Shown: positions 1 to 15,637 of the stretch, piece after piece | Layout: every line of letters starts with the position of its first letter | Numbering within the stretch: position 1 is the stretch's first letter | NCBI RefSeq assembly: GCF_009914755.1 | Contig: NC_060939.1 | Strand: one strand, 5' to 3' | DNA from: the human T2T-CHM13v2.0 reference genome, Homo sapiens | DNA: 64,000 nucleotides | Notes under the pieces: model-generated | What the model was told of the DNA's origin: nothing | The model's input: the letters and a program-made list of their open reading frames with translations, nothing else | The model's database searches: none | Program-made: the position numbers and the translations under genes

Positions 1-4868
<4,868 letters not shown>

Positions 4869-4913
4869 TTAGTTAGTGGTCACACTGGCTTCCTTCTGAC
4901 GCAGTCTTTCTTT
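4869..4913 (-). CDS. FMN1: Formin-1 last exon, coding part: KERLRQKEASVTTN* (basic C-terminal tail)
   Basis: Minus strand reads ttttttccttaacag|AAA GAA AGA CTG CGT CAG AAG GAA GCC AGT GTG ACC ACT AAC TAA. Phase 0, matching the upstream donor. Confidence 0.96.
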   Translation of the reverse strand, partial: KERLRQKEASVTTN

Positions 4914-6544
4914 CTGTTAAGGAAAAAAAAATGAATGTATCATTTTCTTTCATCTTTCTCAAGTTTTGATACATTTCTCAAATTTTGGTCTAGAATGCTG
5001 AGTTTCCGGAATTGTGCCAAATGGCCTAGAAATGAGAGTACCTCTACTGCTTTCCCTAAGCTCTTAGTTATCTGCCCCTCCCTACCTATCACCCTTACTC
5101 CCCAGAAAAACAAACAAGAAATCAATAACCAGCCAATCTACCAACTACATCCATCTAAAACACGGGCCTTTACCATGCCAGGGTGGTCTTTTCTGTTCTC
5201 TTCTTTTGTGACAAAGACCCTAACTTTGTAGTGTTACTCAAGGACCCCTTCCGTCCCTACCTTTGGCTCATTGATGGAATTAGAGAATGCCCAAGAAGAT
5301 ATGAAAAAAAAAATTACTATTTCCAATGTACTCAACAAAAGCCATGCAAAATGGGAGATGACCAGATTTAGTCTCTGCAGAATGGCAGAAGTTCCCGATT
5401 TGCCATGGATGTTATGCTCTTCATTCTCCGAGCTTCCTCCTCAGGGACTGCCTTCTAAAGGGAAGGACATGGACATCTGCTGGGAAGACGTAAGAATACA
5501 CAGGAGCACACTACACAGAAACATGGACCCCCATGGTATCTGTGACACTAGGGAAGCACACATATCAGTATGGTAAGGATGGTGTGCCTGCTCTGGGAGG
5601 AGGGTAAATAGAAGGCTAAAATGGAAAAGGGAGAAGTATACTCTTTTGGAATGAGCAGATGCAGAGAGAAGCCTTTGAGAATGGATCCTTAGCTGCTTAT
5701 GAGCTATGAGATATGATGTTGCAGTGAATTACTAAATTGGCCTAGATATAAACTTAAGTTGATGATTTTTCGACACCCATCCTAAATTTGGACCCCATCC
5801 CTAACTTGCGAAATTGAATCAGGAATCAGTTTACAAGCTCTTCCCTGATTTCCACCCACCCACCCACACAGACAATAAAATAAGCAGCCCCAACAAGCCC
5901 AGGATCACAACTGGGAGCTTGCTCACAGGGGAGGTCGTAAACCCACTGTTTCCCTTTTGTCTATATGGCTGACCCCATTCTCTCTGCCTTGGGGGAACAA
6001 GCTTGGCTGTAAAAGTCTGGATAGAGGCCCAAATAAAAGGTCTGAGGAAGAGGGAGAGGCTCATGAAGGAAGAAGACAAAAATCAGGGTTCAGCCGACTG
6101 CCACTGAAAGTCATACAAATGAATGTCATAAATATACCATCAAACGGGTACAAAGGACATGTCCGGTTAGGTAGGGGCCATGTGCTCAACCATGGCTTTC
6201 CCCGACCAAAAAGTATAGCCCGGACTTCTCCATTTCTCATTCATCAACCTCATGCAACATTCATTTAGCTGCTCATGGGGTTGTTGGGAGAAACATTATG
6301 GTCAATCAACAGAAATAATCTCACTTTATAACTTAGAACCCATTTAGATTTTCAAAGGATTTGAAGCATCCAGCAAAAAGGTACTAATAATCTAAAAGGA
6401 TAAAGTAAGTAGTTGTTGGACATCAGGGCCCAGAGAGGACAGAGTTTGAAAAATCCGAGAGAGGAGGGTGATACTTCCACTTCCCACTCATTGCCATTCC
6501 CCATTGCAGGGTCAACCAAAGCAGCTGAAATTCACAGCAACAAG

Positions 6545-6775
6545 GAAAACAACTAATATTTATTGAGCTCTTATTATGTGTTAGGCATTTTACATGTCTT
6601 TTCTCAGTTTTCTCAAAATAACCCCAAAGAAAAAGTAGTATGTTCTTTTCATGGAAGAGAAAGAAACAAAGTAACTTCACTAAGGTTTTACAACTATTTA
6701 AGTGGCAGAGCTGTGATCTGAACCCAGGCCATTTCATTCTCGGCATCCTGGGATCCTAACCATGTAGCTATTCTG
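6545..6775 (-). mobile_element. MIR SINE
   Basis: tatttattgagc...aagtggcagagctgtgatctgaacccagg matches the reverse of the MIR consensus. Boundaries approximate. Confidence 0.65.
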
Positions 6776-7382
6776 ACTATTGTCCGTAACACCTAGGTGG
6801 AGATTCATTGTGATCTCTACTGAAAACTGGACTTTGGAGGACAACGCAATCTCACATCTAGGAAGGCTGGGGAGACTGCTGGTTTCCAGCACAGGGAGAG
6901 ATGTCAGGAGACCCAGAATCTAGTCCTGGCTTTTGTTATCCACTTGCTAAGTGACCCTGGGTAGGCTGTATCTTTCTGCACTTCAAATTTTCCAACTATC
7001 AAAATAGGAGAATCCCTGCCTCTTTCTTTAATGGGGAAAAGGAACTGAAGAGAATGAATATATTTAAACATTTTGAGAAAAAGATACTTTGAGATAAGGG
7101 TGACTGTACTGCGGGTAGGGTGTGGAAGGATGTGAAATGGTAAGTGACTAAATTTGGTTTATCAGAAATGACCTATGTTGAGTTTACAGGAAAAACATAT
7201 AAAGCTATGTTTTGTACCTCCACCCACACATACTTCTTTTTTTTTTTTTTTTTAACCATATGCTACTCTGGGATGGGAACTGAGAATCTGGATACTATGT
7301 TTCATCTCTGAGCTTTAGCCCTTCCTGGGCGCACCTCAATTTTCATGACAATCGTTAGATTATGTTGAAAAATATATCTCAC

Positions 7383-7467
7383 CAGGCTAGCAGTGGGATT
7401 GATTTTCTTTGTCTCCACTTTCTTCTCTGAAGTCAACTTGCTGACTGATTCCTGAGCCATTTTCAAT
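7383..7467 (-). CDS. FMN1: Formin-1 penultimate coding exon (85 nt): (R)[28 protein letters not shown]
   Basis: Acceptor atttctatttcag|A TTG AAA ATG, donor GCT AGC CTG|gtgaga. Phases match both neighbouring exons (1 nt plus 28 codons). Confidence 0.96.
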
Positions 7468-7984
7468 CTGAAATAGAAATAGGGAAAAGACAGGGGAGAG
7501 AGGGAAAAGAAAGGAAGAGGGAAAAGGAAAGAAGAAAAGAGTTAAGGCAGGTTAAACATAAACCCAAATGCTTTTGAATTAATCCATCAGCAATTTGAAA
7601 ATACTGAAATGTTTTTTCAATGCTTGTTATTAAATTCAAATCCTAATTAGATGTGAAGGCTTCTCTGCTTTATCAAAATTTAATTTTCTTCACCAGCTGA
7701 AGCCTGTTTTTGTGAACAATGTGGTAGTTTCTGATGGATGGAGTACTATGTGCACAGAGCATTATTTACTTCAGTGTTATCTGGCTTGTGATCCACTTAG
7801 CAGATAATGAGATGATTTTGAAGAATGAAGTTCTGAGGAAATGTGAAACTACAAATACTAAAATTCACGAATTCACATCAATTAAGATGTGATAACCTAT
7901 AGAATGGGAAAAAAGATAACCTACGGAATGGGAAAATATAAATATATGTATTTTTCATTCTGTAGGTTTTTTTCCATTCAAAAA

Positions 7985-8570
7985 ATATATTTATATATTA
8001 TATTTATATATTACGTATAATATATTTATATATTATATTTATATATTACGTATAACATATAACACATTTATATATTACGTATAACATATAACATTTATAT
8101 ATTACGTATAACATATAACACTTTATATATTACGTATAACATATAACACTTTATATATTACGTATAACAACACATTTATATATTACGTATAACATAACAC
8201 ATTTATATATTACGTATAACACATTTATATATTACGTATAACATATAACACATTTATATATTACGTATAACATATAACACATTTACTTATATATTATGTA
8301 TAATACATTTATATACTATGTATAATACATTTATTATATATTATGTATAATATATAATACATGTATTATATATTATGTATAATATATAATACATGTATTA
8401 TATATTATGTATAATATATAATACATGTATTATATATTATGTATAATATATAATACATGTATTATATATTATGTATAATACATTTATTTATATATTATAT
8501 AATACATTTATTTATATATTATATAATACATATATGTATAATATAGAAATATATATTTTATATATATATA
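7985..8570. repeat. AT-rich minisatellite (VNTR) with two sub-arrays
   Basis: About ten 22-36 bp units with core tatattacgtataaca, followed by 32-bp units ttatgtataatatataatacatgtattatata. Confidence 0.92.
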
Positions 8571-8571
8571 T

Positions 8572-8654
8572 ATTTTTTTGAGACAGAGTCTTGCTCTGTT
8601 GCTCAGGCTGGAGTGCAGTGATGCGATCTCAGCTCACTGCAACCTCCACCTCCA
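8572..8654 (-). mobile_element. 5'-truncated Alu (3' end of the right arm only)
   Basis: tttttgagacagagtcttgctctgttgctcaggctggagtgcagtg...aacctccacctcc, then an abrupt switch to L1 sequence. Confidence 0.85.
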
Positions 8655-9630
8655 GAATGGGAAAAATATTTTTAAATCATATACCTGATAGAAACTTGTG
8701 TCTGGAACACATAAAGAACTCTTACAATTCAAATAAGAAGACAAATTATACCCCCTCCTCTAAAAATGGACAAGGGATTTGAATAGACATTTCTCCAAAG
8801 CTGACATACACATGGTCAATAAGCACGTAAAAAGATGCTCAACATCATTAGTCATCAGAAAATGCAAATCAAAACCACAATGGGATACCACTTCACATCC
8901 ACTAGGACGGCTAGAATCAGAAAGGAAGACAGGAACAAGTACTAGAGATGAAGATGTGAAGAAACTGGAACCCTTATACACTGTTGATGTGATTGTAGAA
9001 TTACACAGTTGCTTTGGAAAACAGTTTGGCCGTTTTCCAAAACGTTAAGCACAGAATTACCATATGACCCAGCAATTCTACTGCTAGGTACATAAATATA
9101 TCTATAACTAAGAAAATTGAAAAGATGTCTATATAAAAATTTGCATATGAATGTTTATAGAACCACTATTTATAGTAATCAAGAGTAGAAGCAACCAAAT
9201 TTCCATCACCTGATGGAAAAATTAAATGTGGTATATCCATACAATGGAATACTACTGAGCCATAAAAAGGAATGAATTTGCTGATACATGCTACAACATG
9301 GATGTACCTCAAAAACATTGTGCTAAGTGAAAGAAGCCAATCACAAAAACACATGACTCTATTTATATGAAATGTTCAGAACAGGCAAATCCATACAGAA
9401 AGTAGGTTAGCAAAACTATGGGTTTCCCCATGCTGGGGAAAATGGGGAGTTATTGCTAACCAGTCAAAGATTTCCTCTAAAATCAGATAGAGGTAATGGT
9501 TGTAGACCCTTGTGAACATACTAAAAACCACTGTGTAGTGAAGTGATACTAATGTGTATGGAATTGTACACTTTAAAAGGGTGAATTTTATGATATGTAA
9601 ATTCTATCTCAATACAACTTATTAAAAATT
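8655..9630 (+). mobile_element. L1 3' fragment (L1MB-like)
   Basis: ORF2 C-terminal remnant ([26 protein letters not shown] in the ORF track) followed by an L1M-type 3'UTR ending tatctcaata...aaaaa. Confidence 0.85.
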
Positions 9631-9639
9631 CATTAATTC

Positions 9640-10230
9640 AGCATGATAGTATTTCTTACCCATCAGGTTGGCAAATGTAAACAATTAGACAATATTAACT
9701 GTTTGTGAGGATGCAGGGGAATGGGAAGTGCCACACAGTGCACTAAGGAGAAGAAATTGGTCTAGTTGGGTTTGGCAATATCAAGTAAAACTGAAAGCAT
9801 GTACACTCTACGAGCCATCAAGTTTTCTTGTAGGGAGATACCAAAAAGAATTATAAACAGACACAGAGCTTTCACTGTGGCAATATATGCAATCAAGAAA
9901 AACTACAGACAACCTAATGAATAGGTTCAACAGGGTGATATATGAGAATAGCAAATAACAACTAACATTTATTGGGTACTTAATCTGTACCAGGTGCTGT
10001 TCTACCTACTGTATTTGAATTAAACTTAATTTTCACAACTCTGTGAGATAGGAACTTCTACTATTCCCATTTCATAGGTCTTAACCACCATGCAATGTGC
10101 AATGCTGCTTATGTACTGTATTCATTCAACAGAATAGGGTATAACAGTGAGAAGGAATGAACTAGATCTACAAATTCAAAAATCACAGGAATCAGAGGCA
10201 TGATACTGAGAGTGAAGAATCCTGCAGTGA
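9640..10230 (+). mobile_element. Old L1M(E)-like fragment interrupted by a minus-strand MIR (~9955-10080)
   Basis: acccatcaggttggcaaa...gtgaggatgcaggggaatgggaa resembles degraded L1 ORF2 end; a MIR tail (acatttattgggtactta) sits inside it. Confidence 0.55.
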
Positions 10231-10422
10231 TACAGTGAATAGTCCATCTGTGATGATGGTCAAGAGCTCAGGCTCCAAAGCCTGATTGCAGAATTAATTC
10301 TCAGCCCTATCACTTATTAACTGTGTGACCCTGCACAAGGGAACTCTCTGTGTGCCTTATTTCCTAAAAAACATGACAGTAATAGTGCATGCTACATAGG
10401 ATCAATAAGAGGACTGAGACAG

Positions 10423-11063
10423 TATCAGAAGCATGTGAACCAGAGCAACTCCATCTTCAATAGAAGCTGGGTAAAATGAGGCTGGAACCTTTTGGGCTGC
10501 ATTTCCAGATGACTAAGGCATTGTAAGACACAGGAAGAGACATGAGGTCAGCACAAGATACAGGTCATAAAGACCTTGCTGATAAAATAGGTTGCAGTAA
10601 AGAAGCTGACCCAAACTCTCCAAAACCAAGATGGCCACCTAGTGACCTCTGGTCGTCCTCACTGCTACACTCCCATTAGTGCCAAGACAGTTTACAAATG
10701 TCATGGCAATAGTCAGGAAGTTACCCTGTATGGTCTTAAAAAAGGGAGGCATGAATAATCTATCCCTTATTTAGCATGTCATCAAAAAATAACCATAAAA
10801 GTGGGCAGCCAGCAGCTCTCAAGGCTGTTCTGCCTATGGAGTAGCCATTCTTTTATTCCTTTACTTTCCTGATAAACTTGCTTTCCCTGTACTCTACAGA
10901 CTCACCCTGTATCCTTTCTTGTGTGAGATCCAAGAACCCTCTTTTGGGGTCTGGATTGGGACCACTTTCCTGTAACATCTTTCTGGCAACCACAGAAGGG
11001 ACTATAGTGAGGAAACCCCTGACCCAAAGGCTAGCTTTGGGTAACCGGTGGGGTCCTGTATCA
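10423..11063 (+). mobile_element. MER41A-type ERV1 solo LTR with 3' extension, inserted into a MIR
   Basis: Starts tatcagaagcatgtgaaccagagcaactccatctt, contains caaaaccaagatggcc...gtgacctctggtcgtcctcactgctacactccc, and reaches the usual end cctgtaaca at 10977. MIR halves flank it at ~10250-10422 and ~11064-11120. Confidence 0.88.
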
Positions 11064-13034
11064 GCAGTACAGCTCCAGGCAGGCGGTAATAGCAGAATAA
11101 ATGTAAGCTGCTATTGTTACTTTGCATGCAGTATGCTACACTGTGCGTATAATTTTAAATTGAACCCATACATACAGACATCTATCTGTATTTATATATG
11201 GATACACACATATGAAAGTATTCAAAATAGACTAGAAAGATACTCAATAATTTCATGATAGAGGTTATTGCTAGAAAGATCTGGGAAGAGAATGACACTG
11301 GCAATAATATGCCAAGTAGAATTTCATTTTATCTGTAATACTTCATTTTTAAACTTAAAATCTTAAAGAATATATGATGCATGTTAATAGTTATAATTCT
11401 AGGTAGTGGGAATATGGGTGTGATATGCTATCTTTTATATTTTTATTTTTAAAATTTCTTCAAAAAATCTTCAAAATAGTAAATACTTAAAGATCTATCA
11501 ACTCAGACATTTAAAAAATATGCTTTTTCTTCCATGCTTCAAATAAAAATATCTTACTTAATATTAATCACATACTTGTTGGCATCTGTAAGTGGCTGAG
11601 TAGCTTAGCTCTTTATTTAGCTAATGTTATACAATTTGCTTAAAACACACATTTAGTAATCCCATCTCCCTGCCCACATGCACACGTTAGTTACAGTGAA
11701 TTCAACATTCTTACTTGTGCACTGGACAATAAATTAATTCTACTGTTGCAGTGGGAAAGCAGCCATCTGAAAAATGCATCAACGACCGGGCTATGCTATG
11801 TTCTGATAGATTTTATTGACAAATACTGGTAGTGGGCCAGATCCGGCTCATAGGCTGTAGTCTGCCAATTCCTGGACTGTATCATAGGATTCAAAATCTT
11901 ATGCTTTTGGACTGGCAATACAATCTCCCTGTTATAAACCCAGTTTACTTATCTTACCTTTTCAGACCCAGATCTGTTGTTGTATTCGTAGTATGCTGGT
12001 TTAATTAGCTGAGTATCCTTGGATAAGTCATGTAACCCCCAAACCTCAATTTCCTCATCTCTTTAAAGTGTGAATAATACCACACCTAATAACATTGTTG
12101 CTATAAAAATTCAAGAAAATACTATATGTGATTACTGATCAAGCATCTTTTCCTTCACCTCACTCCACGTGTTCCATGACCCACCCAAACGACTTACATT
12201 CTTTGTACATGGCTTTTTCTCACCTTTGCATCTTGCTTTTACTGTTCCCTCAATGACGGTCTGAGTCATTTCCATGCATTCAAATTCTTCCCATTCTTCT
12301 ATTTACAGCTTAAGTGTCAAAGTCATGAAAGCTTCCTTCATCTCTCTTAGCCAGAAGTAATTGCTCTTTTCTTAAGTGACAAAGCACTTTGTGCCTCTCT
12401 TAAGGTACTTAAGGCATTTCATCTTAGAACTGAGTAGGTGTCTTATTTTTCTTAAACCATTGGAATGACTTAGGGACAACGAGCAGGATTTATCCATATT
12501 TGGGACCTCTCCTTGTTCCTTTACCCAGCACTGTACCATGCTCAAGTCAGTTCTTAGTATCTACGTGACAAATGACATGCATTGATAACTTTTGTTTTTC
12601 TGACTTAAACAATTTAAATGTTTAGTAAATAGTTATAAAATGATTGCTTTTTGCATTTATCCTTGGGAAAAAACTATAAAAACATTTAGAAGTGTAGTTC
12701 CAGTTACTGATTAGCTGATTAAGTCTTAAACAAGGAAAAAGAAAAGATACTCAAGGCCACCCAAATGTGCTAAATATTTACACGTGTCATCTTATGTATA
12801 GATTCCAAGATACTTAAAAGTATCCACATTACTTTGCCCACAAGGAGACTAAGACTCAGTGAGGTTATGTGACTTTGTCCCAAGTCTGGAATTTATTTCT
12901 CCCACTTAGGAGGTAAGGGCTTTTTGCATTTAATCAAAGAAAATTTGCTGGTTAGACAGTTTCTAGCTGCATACACGCTCAACCTCCTCATTGTTTGTGG
13001 ACTTGTTTTTGTTTCTGGCCTAAATGTTGGCTCT

Positions 13035-13450
13035 AATGTCCATCAGTAGATGACTGGACAAAGAAAATGTGGATCACATACACCATGAAATACTATGCAG
13101 TCATAAAAAGAATGAAATCACGTCCATTGCAGCAACATAGATGGAGCTGCAGATCATTATCCTAAGTGAAATAACTCAGAAAGAGAAAAGCAAATACTGC
13201 ATGGTCTCACTTATAAGTGGGAGCTAAACAGTGGTTACACATGGACATATAGAGGGAAATAACAGACGCTGGGGGTGGGGAGAGTGGGAAGACAGTGAGG
13301 GTCAACAAATAATCTACTGGGTACAAGGTTCACTCTTCAGGTGATGGATACAGTAGAAGCCCAAACCCTGCCACTATGAAATACATCCGTGTAACAAACC
13401 TGCACAAATCCATGTACCTCCTGAATTGATAAAAACAAAAAAAAATAAAG
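13035..13450 (+). mobile_element. L1PB-like 3' end
   Basis: aagaaaatgtgg...tctcacttataagtgggagctaaac...gtaacaaacctgcaca followed by an A-rich tail. Confidence 0.85.
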
Positions 13451-13745
13451 GTTATATGGCAATCCTTACAAAAGAATTTGGAAATATAGGAAACAAACAA
13501 ACATATCAGAGAAAGAAAATATATATTCTCAATTGATAAACGTCTCAGTAAAATTTTTGAAAACTTTATCTTTTCCTCTTTCTCATTATCATGCATATGC
13601 TCCCTAAGGAGTTATTGGGAGCCCCAGTAAATACCAAGTGCTGCCAAAGTCTACTGAGGAAAGACACAAGTGTAAGATGGGAAAGTGAGTCATGTCCTCT
13701 GATGTTCTTGCCTAGTCTTGACTCCGTAGAAGTTGACTGTAACCT

Positions 13746-14052
13746 GGCCGGGTGTGGTGGCTCACGCCTGTAATCCCAGCACTTTGGGAGGCCGAGGTGA
13801 GTGGATCATGAAGTCAGATCGAAACCATCCTGGCTAACACAGTGAATCCCCATCTCGACTAAAAATACAAAAAATTAGCCAGATGTGGTGGTGGGCGCCT
13901 GTAGTCCCAGCTACTCAGGAGGCTGAGGCAGGAGAATGGCGTGAACCCGGGGTCGGGGGAGCTTGCAGTGAGCTGAGATTGTGCCACTGCACTCCAGCCT
14001 GGGCGCCAGAGCGAGACTCTGTCTCAAAAAAAAAAAAAAAAAAAAAAAAAAA
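13746..14052 (+). mobile_element. Alu (AluY-like)
   Basis: ggccgggtgtggtggctcacgcc through ggagaatggcgtgaacccggg to a long pure poly(A) tail. Confidence 0.92.
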
Positions 14053-15401
14053 GTAGTTGAAGTGGCGTGGCTTTCCATTTAGAGATTTAGGCTCCCCACT
14101 GTTACAGCCTCATCTTTTGGGAAAGCCTATGGGCATACTGTGGGCTTTCTACAGGTTAGAGGCATACAGCTGCAGCTAAATCAAGTCAATTTTCAGAATC
14201 TAGCCATCTGTGAGACTGAGGAAGTACCAAGTCTTTATTCTTTTGACATTCAGTATTTCACTGGTTTGTGTTGTACAAGGCAGAAGATACTGAAATCATT
14301 ATGAAGTTTGTAATAACAGAAGTGCTTTTATTTTTGACCACAGGGATTGAGCACACCAGCCAATCAAGAGATAAATGAGATATGGAGGAAATGGGGCAGA
14401 TAAGAGTGTTCAGGCTGCTTTACACTCCTTTTCACTATTGGAAAATCCAATAGTTTGGAGCAGTGTTTGTAAACTATTTTTCAAAGAGCTTTAACCTTCA
14501 GCAAAGGTGTTTCAGGGAGAAGAGGCAGAATTAGGGGATCCTCCAGATGCCAATGTTGGCAAGCTCTGCTTCAGTTAGAAAAGCTTTACTTTGTTTTATA
14601 CATTGATGATTTATGTATGTTTTTAGACAAAAAGAGGTCTGCTTTTTTTTTTTTAACAGAACTTTTTGAAGCTCCTAGGGGGAAAAACAAAACAAAACAA
14701 AACAAAACAAACCTTCCTCTTCAGGAGAAAGACAACAGAAGCCAACAGAAAGCTTCTTCCTAAAGAACTGTCTATGAATATCTTAGAGGTAGACAACTGA
14801 TTTAAGAAGACCAAGGGGATGATTCTTCTGACAGCCATAACCACAAGATTTCAGATTTTGGGCTCCAGTAAAACATCAAATCTACAAAAATCACAACATG
14901 GCCAGCTTTCCCACTCTCTTCTGCTTATTACTTTCCAGGTAAGTTCTAAGCCTGTGAGATCACCAGTGTCTGGCAAATACAGACAGGCACAGTGGGGACA
15001 GATCCAGATGAACCAGACTGTGGAAATAAGTGGGGCACCCATTTATTTCCCTCTCATAAAGGCAGAGATTGCCTCACATTTCATTATGATTCATTTTATT
15101 TATGGTCTTTTCTGGAATTTTGCTTGAGTTCCCTGATTTCTGCCCTATGCAACTTTCCAATGTCTATTTGCCTCCTTTGCTTTTAATAGCTTCAGAATGA
15201 AAATTAAATAGAGCTATCTTATTACACCTTGCCTATGGCTTCTCCCAACTTAATTCTGTGACTGCAATTAACTTTTTTTGGAGGGGGGTTCATCTGCTCA
15301 TCCTCGTTTCCTTTCTTTCCCATTCAACGTATCTGTGTGAACTGTAACAAGACTGTCAACCTGTTAACTTTTGAGTAACTCTTAAGTATGATGCTAGGGG
15401 G

Positions 15402-15423
15402 GTGTGTGTGTGTGTGTATACGT

Positions 15424-15518
<95 letters not shown>
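15402..15518. repeat. Compound microsatellite (TG)n(TA)n(T)n
   Basis: Directly visible; adjoins the tail of the Alu monomer that follows. Confidence 0.95.
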
Positions 15519-15519
<1 letters not shown>

Positions 15520-15637
15520 TAGAGATGAGGTTTCACCATGTTGCCCAGGCTGGTCTCAAACTCCTGAACTCAAGCAATCCACCTGCCTCAGCCTCCCAAA
15601 GTATTAGGATTACAGGTGTAAGCCATCAAGCCCAGAC
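15487..15637 (-). mobile_element. Alu left monomer (FLAM/AluJ-type)
   Basis: Poly-T then gtagagatgaggtttcaccatgttgcccaggctgg...ggattacaggtgtaagcc; one arm only. Confidence 0.85.

Noticed and set aside
4914-4924. TTCCTTAAC (U12 branch-site consensus) at the last acceptor, suggesting a minor-spliceosome intron
   Set aside because: It directly abuts the AG, too close to act as a branch site, and the donor is GTGAGA (U2-type) rather than GTATCCTT.
7985-8570. CRISPR-like array
   Set aside because: Eukaryotic DNA; the units are contiguous with no unique spacers, so this is a minisatellite.
12755-12763. Isolated GLI-type motif GGCCACCCA (also AGGGTGGTC at ~5180 and ~20949)
   Set aside because: Single 9-mers without a supporting motif cluster are expected by chance. 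I found no perfect GACCACCCA.
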